Origin: Rotaria socialis
Lineage: Eukaryota
DNA length: 20,000 nt
Assembly: GCA_905331295.1 (NCBI GenBank)
Contig: CAJNYD010000048.1
Span: 241,769-261,768, forward strand
Direction: 5' to 3'
A program made the position numbers and the translations under genes. The notes below the pieces were generated by a model. That model searched no databases, had not been told where the DNA came from, and was given only the letters and a program-made list of their open reading frames with translations. Shown here in pieces: positions 10,815-19,835 of this stretch. Every line of letters begins with the position of its first letter. Position 1 is the first letter of the stretch.

Positions 10815-10840
10815 TAAGCAAGGACGAAACCGGTCGTGTG
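10815..10840 (+). ncRNA. 3' half of a hammerhead of the same family as 15816-15859, cut by the TIR element
   Basis: TAAGCAAGGACGAAACCGGTCG matches 15834-15855 with one mismatch and has the typical palindromic GAAACCGGTC. Confidence 0.55.
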
Positions 10841-10967
10841 ATGTGTTCAATTGAGAATCTCTTTAAACTATGAATTGAATTTATCATCATATATTCAAGA
10901 TTTATTCTTATATATGATAGTTTATAAATTAATCTTTTGATTTTTCTTTAAAATCATTTGAATTATT

Positions 10968-11016
10968 TGCCATCTGATGATTTGGGTTGTTCCAATGAAA
11001 TCTATAGATTATGGTA
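10968..11016 (+). ncRNA. Type I hammerhead ribozyme motif, copy 1
   Basis: Stem I TGCCAT/ATGGTA, core CTGATGA, stem II TTGGG-TTGT-TCCAA (U-U at its base), GAAA, palindromic stem III ATCTATAGAT, predicted AUU cleavage triplet. Confidence 0.75.
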
Positions 11017-11130
11017 GCTAGTCACACTACTATGAATTGAATTTATCATCATATATTCAAGATTTATTCTTATATATGATAGTTTATAAATTAATTTTTT
11101 GATTTTTCTTTTGAAATCATTAAAATTATT

Positions 11131-11179
11131 TGCCATCTGATGATTTGGGTTGTTCCAATGAAATCTATAGATTATGGTA
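11131..11179 (+). ncRNA. Type I hammerhead ribozyme motif, copy 2
   Basis: Same 49 nt motif as 10968-11016. Confidence 0.75.
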
Positions 11180-11368
11180 GCTAGTCACACCCGAGCTCAT
11201 TTTTCTTTTGAACGTACCTATAATAAAATAAAATATTATTACTGGTGGCCCCGTATGAAAGCAACCATTAAGCAGTACATCAGATCGTGTCNATTCAAGA
11301 TTTATTCTTATATATGATAGTTTATAAATTAATTTTTTGATTTTTCTTTTGAAATCATTAAAATTATT

Positions 11369-11417
11369 TGCCATCTGATGATTTGGGTTGTTCCAATGAA
11401 ATCTATAGATTATGGTA
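11369..11417 (+). ncRNA. Type I hammerhead ribozyme motif, copy 3 (possibly an assembly duplicate)
   Basis: Same 49 nt motif, lying downstream of the N at 11292. Confidence 0.55.
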
Positions 11418-11739
11418 GCTAGTCACACCCTTCTGCATGGCACATGGCCTTTCTCTGACAGTTCTTAGCATGAAATGCAGAAAGCAATGAGAGATCATAC
11501 TTATATTTTTAAAGAAACTTGTGGAAAAATAGGCTCTTTCACTTTTGATGAAAATTTTCACATACAGTAAAAACACTTTATTATACGTTGCGCTATCATA
11601 ATCCCTTAAGCAGTTTCTTATTCTGTACCTTTCTTTAGTGTTCGCAAGATATAATCGAGGGTTAAGCGAGTTGTAGCACCGAGCGTAACTTGGACACAGA
11701 TGGATAGCTTATGTTTTTTTGTGTGATGAATATACTATA

Positions 11740-13371
11740 TTAGGTGTTTTTCGTTAGAATCCGAACCGTTTCATCGTAATATCTTTGCATGTCAGAATTG
11801 TCACCCATAAACTTCATAATTTCCGCGAATTGTTCCAATAACCCTTTATTTCTATCAAGGATATCATAGTTCCGATTGATCGACCATAATTCAGCCACTT
11901 GTTTTCGTAAATTATCTAAATGAGAATTTATTTTTGTCGACAACATTGTTTGCTCGGCTTCTAATCCATTTTTTCGCCTTTTCAGCATCGTTTTTTGACG
12001 TTCAGCTTCGGTGTATCTCATTCTTGCTTCATTGTCCGGTAAGTTTATTTCAATTACGGCTTGTTTTTGTTGATATACGGGTTCATATACTTTTGCGGTT
12101 TTCTTGTATTCGTCTCTATTTTTCATAGTGGTCTGTTGAATATTTGGTTGCTGTGATGTATTCTGACCTATGCTGCTGCTGCGATTGTTAGCAACCGGTA
12201 TATCATTGTATGAGGATGATACTTGTCTTCCATTACGAACGTCGGATTCAGAGCTTGTCATTCGTTGATAATCTCCACTTCCATAGTTGCTACTGTACGA
12301 TGACGTTTGCGGCTTATAATTTGTATCTCGACGTGAGTGTGTCTCTACTGATGTTGTTTTTTTCTGTGTGTCTGAATAATCGTTTGAGTAATGCGATCGT
12401 TCATGATATGATGAACGTGCTTGATTTTGTGGTACTTCTTCGAAAACTATAGCATGTATTTCTTGTTTCTTCTCCCAATTTTTATTCATATCCATTGTCG
12501 TTCTGGTACCCTCGATGGCATCGTGTGCTATGCTTTGCTCTTTATAACATTTAACCAGATCAATCATCTCTCTCACAGACTGAATAATAGACTGTTCGAT
12601 TGATCCGATTTTGATTGCGCTGACTTTGAATGATTGAGTCGATACATCTTTATATGTTAAGAGTTTCTTAAACAGAACATCGACCTTTTCAACATTATCC
12701 TGAAAATGTTGTACATGACGACGAATTGTTTTTGAAGACTCCATTTTTCGATCCCATCTGAATAAGGTATTTTGAAAAACAAATATAGACTTGTCTTGTA
12801 CATTGAAAATCTGTTTCAACACTGATGGATTGAAACTGACACTGAGTTCATCACAATTCGTCAATATGGCTACACAGTTGTTCAATAAATCATTAGGCCA
12901 CACTTGTTGTAACAAATGTAGAAAGTTGTTGAATGACACACCGATTCGTGGATTTGCACCATTCACGACAAGAATGATTCCACTTAAGAAAGGTACCTTA
13001 TGCAACGTTCTTTCAATGTGTGCCAAATTGTTCAAATCAGTTTCGGTACCATTCGTATCATTAAATCCGGGTGTGTCGATTAACTCCAAATCAATCTTCT
13101 CAGATTTCAATCTGTATACACTACAAAACTGTGTTTGACTTTGCGTTTGATCATTAATATCACGCTCACTCCTGTTATCTTTATACTCTTTATCGAGACA
13201 ATCTAACCAATTTGCGCATGGTATTGCCAATCGTACATGTGGATCTTCACAAAATATTTTGTCTGAATTTCTGGAACCATAACAGAAATTGTATAAAAAA
13301 TTGATAAAAGTCGACTTTCCGGCTCCAGCTTCACCCAATAAAATAAAACGTTTCAAATTCACTGTAGACAT
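11740..13371 (-). CDS. Septin/AIG1-like (TRAFAC) P-loop GTPase with a C-terminal coiled coil and an S/Q/N/Y/R-rich low-complexity insert, 543 aa, no intron needed in the CDS
   Basis: Long ORF. G1 GEAGAGKS, G2-like SQT, G3 DTPG, G4-like ILTNCD. The first ATG is at 13371; the ORF track start at 13374 is GTG. The C-terminal region RMRYTEAERQKTMLKRRKNGLEAEQ...LRKQVAEL looks helical/heptad-like. Confidence 0.9.
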   Translation of the reverse strand: MSTVNLKRFILLGEAGAGKSTFINFLYNFCYGSRNSDKIFCEDPHVRLAIPCANWLDCLDKEYKDNRSERDINDQTQSQTQFCSVYRLKSEKIDLELIDTPGFNDTNGTETDLNNLAHIERTLHKVPFLSGIILVVNGANPRIGVSFNNFLHLLQQVWPNDLLNNCVAILTNCDELSVSFNPSVLKQIFNVQDKSIFVFQNTLFRWDRKMESSKTIRRHVQHFQDNVEKVDVLFKKLLTYKDVSTQSFKVSAIKIGSIEQSIIQSVREMIDLVKCYKEQSIAHDAIEGTRTTMDMNKNWEKKQEIHAIVFEEVPQNQARSSYHERSHYSNDYSDTQKKTTSVETHSRRDTNYKPQTSSYSSNYGSGDYQRMTSSESDVRNGRQVSSSYNDIPVANNRSSSIGQNTSQQPNIQQTTMKNRDEYKKTAKVYEPVYQQKQAVIEINLPDNEARMRYTEAERQKTMLKRRKNGLEAEQTMLSTKINSHLDNLRKQVAELWSINRNYDILDRNKGLLEQFAEIMKFMGDNSDMQRYYDETVRILTKNT

Positions 13372-13805
13372 CACTGTTTTTTTGTGTGCGTCACTTACAA
13401 AAGATTGCTCAAGGACAGAATGTCATGTTACTTTAAAAAAAAAGCTGACGTTTAAATACATACAAAACAAATATACTTCTTGATGTGCATTTCTGTTTTT
13501 CCTTTCTCTCTTACCACGGTAACTACTGTAGATTGTGTGTTACAAACAGTTTTTTTCTTTTTTATGCTTGATTTACAGAGCTTCACAAATACAATCATTA
13601 CTCAACAGTTTCGTCCCTCTGTAATGGGAATTTTTCTTTCAATGATGAAATTACATTTAAAAACAAAGCAATAGTATATTTTCATCTATAGCACGAACCA
13701 TAAATATATATTTTTTTCTCTACAACAGATCATTCAACATCACCGTATGAAAGATAAAAACTCATTTCAGTGAGCATCTAATTATTGTTCAATTTTGTGA
13801 ATAAA
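13372..13805. promoter_or_regulatory. Putative bidirectional promoter and 5' UTR region between the divergent GTPase genes
   Basis: 434 bp separate the two divergent ATGs. There is a candidate 55 nt 5' UTR intron on the plus strand (GTATAT at 13674 to TTTTTTTCTCTACAACAG ending at 13728). Regulatory function is inferred from gene geometry only. Confidence 0.45.
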
Positions 13806-15254
13806 ATGTCTCAATCAGAAATCGTAATGGTTTTTATTGGTGAATCCGGTTCAGGTAAATCTACATGCATCAACTATTTCGCGAACTATTTCACGGGATC
13901 CAATTTTACTGAAACTGACAAATATTCCAAGATGAAAATTGTTATTCCAAATAAAGTAATTCCACAAGTCAATTTTCAAGTAGGAGATAGGACACATTCA
14001 GAAGCAAATGTATATGACAACACAAGGAGCCAAACACAAGAATGCATTACTTATAGTTTCACATGGGGAAACAAATCTATACGTGTTGTTGATACACCTG
14101 GTTTCAATGATACCAACATCAACAATGACGATATTAATATCAAGAAAATTTTGACTAAAATGGCAGAACTCCCATTTGTTAACGCCATCATTGTCACAAT
14201 GAACGGTACTACTAGTCGCCTATCAACAGGACTCAAAGCAACATTGGCTCAATTGCGAGGTTCATTACCTGATTGCGTCTTTACAAATTTATTTTTCATT
14301 TTGACTAAGTGTACCGAAGATAGTCAAACTTTCAGTGAAACACTCCTGTCCGATTTCAAACCACCCAAAGAGCGTATTTTTCGTATGCAAAATTCGTTAT
14401 TTTGTCAGCAAGATCAATCACGTCTGTCACAGCCCAGAGTTCTTCAAAGAATGGTTGATTCATGGGAAGATTCAATAGAAGTCATGAAGAACATAATGAA
14501 TATGATTTGTAGTTTAGCACCTGCATCAGTCGCAGCTTTCGAAAAAATGCGTATTAAACGTGAAAGTATGGTGTCAGACAGAGAGATGTTAATCTTAAAA
14601 CAAAAGTCGCTCATAAATATAATGAAAACCTTAGAAATCGAAATGGAACGTTTGAAGAATGCCCAGCAAGCCAAATCTGAGAATGCACAATTTTTTGAAA
14701 AAAAAGAGATCGACGTCATTGAAATCGAGACAAAAAGTTACTATAGCACGATATGTGCTCAACATGGTGACGTTTCAATATGTCATGAAAATTGTTCTAT
14801 TAGTCGTTCGACAACCTTAAATTTGGATCATTTTAAAAAGTGTGCCGCTGCTGATGGAAACAATTGTCGACATTGTAAATGCGGCATGAACAGACATTTT
14901 CATTCCTATCAAATTCCTGTAACAAAACGCAAACCTGTAGAACAACTAATACAAGGAAAACATACGGCATTTCTCAAAGCTTCATGTGAAGCCCAGACCA
15001 TACAGAATTACATAAACGCGATGCAACCTACTATTCAACAATTCAAAGTTGAGATTAATACGATCAGAAATCAAATTTTGACGAACATGAGAGAATTAAA
15101 ACAGATCTGTACACATTTTAATTTTGTGGAAGAAATGTCAAGCATCGTCGAAAAGCTTAGAAAAGAAGGGAACATAGCAAACAGTTTGTCGGCAAAGCAA
15201 GAATTCGAAGCAACAGCTAATGCTATTGCACAGTTAATTGCACAACTTACATAG
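13806..15254 (+). CDS. Septin/AIG1-like (TRAFAC) P-loop GTPase with a Cys/His-rich putative metal-binding module and coiled coils, 482 aa, no intron needed in the CDS
   Basis: Long ORF. G1 GESGSGKS, SQT, G3 DTPG, G4-like ILTKC. Motif CAQH...CHENC...HFKKC...CRHCKC...HFH at 14754-14903. The first ATG is at 13806 (AAAATG context); the track start at 13785 is TTG. Confidence 0.9.
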   Translation: MSQSEIVMVFIGESGSGKSTCINYFANYFTGSNFTETDKYSKMKIVIPNKVIPQVNFQVGDRTHSEANVYDNTRSQTQECITYSFTWGNKSIRVVDTPGFNDTNINNDDINIKKILTKMAELPFVNAIIVTMNGTTSRLSTGLKATLAQLRGSLPDCVFTNLFFILTKCTEDSQTFSETLLSDFKPPKERIFRMQNSLFCQQDQSRLSQPRVLQRMVDSWEDSIEVMKNIMNMICSLAPASVAAFEKMRIKRESMVSDREMLILKQKSLINIMKTLEIEMERLKNAQQAKSENAQFFEKKEIDVIEIETKSYYSTICAQHGDVSICHENCSISRSTTLNLDHFKKCAAADGNNCRHCKCGMNRHFHSYQIPVTKRKPVEQLIQGKHTAFLKASCEAQTIQNYINAMQPTIQQFKVEINTIRNQILTNMRELKQICTHFNFVEEMSSIVEKLRKEGNIANSLSAKQEFEATANAIAQLIAQLT

Positions 15255-15815
15255 CTGAAATACGGAGTGTCTATCAGTGATACATGTTTCAAATATCAAC
15301 CTTAACACTATTTCTTTTTTTTTAAATAGAAACATACTTATTTATGCATCCAGTTTTTCTTGGAACTACATATATCTGTTTAATGCGGTTTTGACTAGTC
15401 AAAAATAAAGAGTCCCGGTATACCACAAGTATTCGAACATATCACTTGTCTTCATTTCCACTAGAAAACATTCAATACAGATGCAAAATGAATTCATCAA
15501 TTTTAAAACTGCCTTTATCTTATAACCTCTACAATACGACACTATCTATTTCATATAAGATAAGTAGACTATTCCTTAATATGATCATAGAACTCAGCAT
15601 GTGAACGATCGATAAGCGGAAGTTACATTTATATTCTCACATACCTATATATCATTTAATTTGATATACGCAAACTAAGATCCCTACTACCTTGTGAAGT
15701 GAATATTCTGTTCAACAGGTTATTAGCCAAATAATAATTTTCTTGCAACATTATGAAGATAGATCTTCTTTGGATTTTCTCTTTTTATAGAGTAATAATT
15801 CATTATAGATCGAGA

Positions 15816-15859
15816 GCCACATGACGAGACCTGTAAGCAAGGACGAAACTGGTCGCGGT
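15816..15859 (+). ncRNA. Minimal type I hammerhead motif with a variant core
   Basis: GCCAC-ATGACGA-GACCT-GTAAGCA-AGGAC-GAAA-CTG-GTC-GCGGT. Core position 3 is A rather than C, stems I and II each have one mismatch, and the triplet is GUC. Confidence 0.6.
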
Positions 15860-16740
15860 ATGCTTTCTAAATTTTACAATGTACATATATGGAGTTTAAT
15901 GAAAGCTTTATATCATCAAAAACCCTTCAGGAACCTAATCTGATCTTTGAGACACAGCATCCTATATCACTGTTTGACGGTCAATCAGGATCCGTTGAGA
16001 TTATTTGGACACCTCGAAGCAGTCTCACTTTAATAACAGAATATTATTATTCAAATTTTAGCTGAAGTAGAAATTTTAGGAAAATTTATCCATGTTAATG
16101 GTTATACCGTAATCGTTTCGCTCCGCAGTGCCATAATAGTCAACGCGAAAATATCACGCAATTGTATACACCCATGATCGAGAAAATTCAGGTCAAAATC
16201 TAACAATTGGGACCCTGGTGTCGGTGGAATTTTTCTCAAATTTCATCTATTTCAATAAACAATGACAGATTCGGAATCAGCGTCAAAAGACGATTCTTCT
16301 GATGTATAATTCAAGCCATTTGGACAGAAAAATTTTTGTGGTTGTTTCTTAGCTATGAGCAGACAAGGTTGGTTAGCACGTCGTTGAAGCATTTCATTAG
16401 GTGGCATGGTTCAAATTTTTGAAATAGTTGCGACATTCACTAAAACTATTATGAATGTAATACATTTAATACGTTTTTTTGAAAATAACAGTAATGGTGA
16501 GAGTGAGAGTTCATCCGGTGAGATCCTTAATATAAGATTGGAATCGGTCATGACTGCGGAGAAAATTTTAATTTCGAAAATTTCATGGTCATTTATCTCT
16601 TGGTCTCAATACGTCATGTGTTGAACTGAATTTTAACTTTATTTTGTTTTCAAATAGATCGTTTTCAGTAATGACGTTTCAGTCTTAATCTGCTTAATTC
16701 ATTCGAGTGTAGTTCGAGTTTTATGTTTTTCTAAATTCTA

Positions 16741-16791
16741 AACATATCTGATGAGAGCTGCCTTCAGCTCAAGTTGAAACGCGTCGTTGTT
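16741..16791 (+). ncRNA. Minimal type I hammerhead motif with an imperfect stem II junction
   Basis: AACATAT-CTGATGA-GAGCTG-CCTT-CAGCTC-AAGTT-GAAACGCGTC-GTTGTT. It has both conserved boxes, a palindromic stem III and a GUC triplet, but 5 unpaired nt before GAAA. Confidence 0.6.
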
Positions 16792-19700
16792 GCTTTTTCG
16801 ATGCACCTACACGCAATTTTATAATAAATGAATCTCATCTTTCAATCGTTATCATTTGAATTTGCTTCCTTTTTAAGTTACATTCTAAATAACTTAACTT
16901 TTTATAGTTTGAAAAATAACAATATTTGTTTTTGTTAAAGTTATTGTTCTTTTTTGAATAAAAATGGTAAATCGTGTTTTAATAGTTCTCTTTTAATGTG
17001 GATTCAACAAAGTAATTCTATTTAAATACATACTGCTTTTAAGCAATTATAGAAAAAATAAATCACTGTTATTGTTATATTGAAAATCTTTTAAAACAAA
17101 AGTTGTTTTTAAATTAATTTTATTTCTTGTGAAAATAAAAAACATTTTATCATTTAACCTGTTATAATTTTTAGTAACATATATAAATATCACCAATAAG
17201 TAAAGTTTCTTTATTATGATCTTAAATATCATTGTTTTAATCTTTGACCTAAACGTAAACAAATTTCCTTATTTTATTATCTTTATGAATTTAATTGTTT
17301 ATCAACTAACCCTATAAGTATCACTGTTTATCTTTAAATAACGGAAATCTATATGTTTGTATTCCAAACTGATTTCAAGACAAAACAACAAGAAAGAAAG
17401 TACATACAATGTTAATGGATATTGAGTATTTGTTTATGTATATCTATTTAAATCTTTTTAAATAATTCTCAATATATTTTTTATCATGACTTCATGCTTA
17501 TTAATTTTGAGTCATTTCGGACATGAACTTATCAAGATAAATAAGTAATAAAATACCATAGAAAAAAGAACGTTATCAAGTATTTTTTTACAACTTTATT
17601 CTGAAGCAGTATTATCACATTGACTTCGACTAATATAAATATAATTTACAAAACTTAACCGTTTGATCAATATTGTGAAATAAAAATAAATAAAATTCTC
17701 CTCAATTTGTAAGTCTATTCAATATAACAGATATAGAAGCTATTCATACTGTAGTTATTTTTCAAATTCTATAAATTGGAAAATCGATCTCAAATAAGCT
17801 TAATCATTATTAAAGCTTTATGATTTATTCATTGACGTTTGAACAAATTGAAAATCAGTTCTGAATTTATAGAAAATCGATTGAGAATTTTTAAAAACAA
17901 AAATTTGATTCTATTTCTTCCAACAAACATTCATTATTTTTTTCAACTGGCTATTAAGAGTTGTCAAATCCTTTTTATTTCCTTTTACATTTTATTTTAT
18001 TTAATTACATCATCAAGTATAAATACTTCGAGATGTCGAGAAAATCTAATTCTATTTTCTAGATTACATTGCATATTGAAAGACAATTCTAAGAAAATTC
18101 CATAATCAACAAGCAGTTATTTTAAATATTTCCTTTTAGTAAATAATTATTTTAATCTTAAAATTTAATTTCGTCTTCACTGCACCAACTTCTATGTTTT
18201 TCAGTTTTTTGAGTTATACTTCATTTATTATTGTATTACTTATACATTATCATGTCTCAACCATTAGAAATATTTATCTGGTATTCTACTATAGTCGTCT
18301 TTCAATATAGCACAATAAAATGAATATTAAAATTCAAAATAGAGTACACTAACAATATTCACAGACGATTAGTTTTAAAATTTCACTATTATTAATACAT
18401 AGAAATTGAGAGATGGTGTAGTAGGTTAAATAGATAAAATCATTTACGATAGTAGACGTTAACTAATTTCTTCTATTGAATTCTAGGAGAATTTTTTGAA
18501 TTTTTAAAAACTTAAACAGACTGAATTCATTAACGATATATTGATCGGATTATTTCCCAATGAATTTAAGAATCAAATTTTATTTTCATGTTTACAATAT
18601 AAATGATCTTCATAAATGCGATTGACATGTATAGAAGACAAATTATTTGGAAATTGAATATATCTGATCGTTGTTCATTTAATATCACTATGTAACTGAA
18701 ATGAAACTAAAAATGTTTCTAAATGAATTGATTCATATATACATATATATGAAAACTTTTCTGGGTGAGTCAAAATAAAAGTCTTGATAATTTCAATCTA
18801 TCGAACAGATATCTATAATACGCCAAAAACAAAAAAAAAAGATTTGTTTTAAAGTGATTGTATTAAAGTATTGCACACAATAATTATATATTGTTCTGAT
18901 GTATAAATAAAACATATAATCTTTTAAAAATTTCCCATGGTTTGATATGATATTATTTATTATTACACATTTAAAAATTTTCAATAACATCACGATAAGT
19001 AAATGAACTATATAAAAACATAATATATATATATATGCATACATTAAAAAAGACACTATGAATGAATACTATAGTTCAGTAGATGTATTAGATCAAGAAA
19101 GACGAAAAAACATATCTAAGAGTAACAACAAATTCCAATTTAATATATGGGATATTTTTCATTTTTGATAGTAAACAGAATAAAATTCTTCTCGATCATC
19201 GAAATAAATGTTATTCTTTCAAAATATTCCAAGAATCGTTTCTTCATTTCGAAAAATTGTTGTGAAAGAAAATAACAACAAAAATTTGAGTAAAAATAGA
19301 AAAATTATTAAGACAAACTATCTACAAAATTAGGAACAACACATTACAACATCACGATCAATGAATACAATAAAAAGTGCAGCAATATCAGAAATATCAA
19401 TATTTATTCAAAAATGGAGAAAATCTACTAAATTTAATATGAATAAAGAAGAAATAAAATCCAACAACAATAATTAAAACTGAAATCGATAAAAAGGTTA
19501 CAAAGATGTTAAAGTAAGAACATTAGCCGACATGATATCTAGGAAATTCGACAATTTAATGATAAATTTCACAAACAAAAAATAGGTTTACTTATGGTCG
19601 ACATATCAAACAAAATTATCTTGATACAATGTTAACAAAATCGATAATAAATAATGAAATAATATTTGATAATTATGGAAGATATTGTACTTCAGAGTCT

Positions 19701-19835
19701 TTCAACAACAAAAAAAAACAAAGAAAATAAGTTCATTGGCTAAAAATAGAGAGAGGGAGAGAGAAATTCAATTTTCTTCGTAGCATCTTCAGAAAGAAAT
19801 GGCATGAATTCATTTGAATTCTATCATTACTAAGA

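Larger units (their letters stand above)
10867..11430 (+). repeat. 162-163 bp tandem repeat carrying hammerhead ribozymes (retrozyme or Penelope pLTR-like)
   Basis: Copy 1 is 10867-11028 and copy 2 is 11029-11191, with a few differences. A partial copy 3 at 11293-11430 lies directly after the N at 11292 and appears identical to copy 2. Confidence 0.9.

Noticed and set aside
8876..11374. ORFs at 8876, 10587 and 11165
   Set aside because: They are translations of transposon subterminal repeats or the HHR repeat, and one spans the N.
11293..11430. Third HHR repeat copy counted as an independent genomic unit
   Set aside because: It starts right after the N at 11292 and appears identical to copy 2, so it may be a contig overlap or haplotype join. 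It is kept only at lower confidence.
11934..15292. Short ORFs antisense to or overlapping the GTPase genes (11934, 12210, 12421, 12791, 13289, 14051, 14444, 15071)
   Set aside because: They are shadow frames of the real CDSs with no recognisable motifs.
16090..16625. Possible degraded DNA transposon (GATTCGGAATCAGCG-type motifs) and ORF 16406-16624
   Set aside because: No TIR pair, TSD or transposase motif could be defined.
17000..19500. ORFs 17047, 17839 and 18793 and faint F-box-like or exon-like scraps
   Set aside because: Extreme AT richness produces F/I/K/N/L-rich chance ORFs, and I found no consistent splice model.
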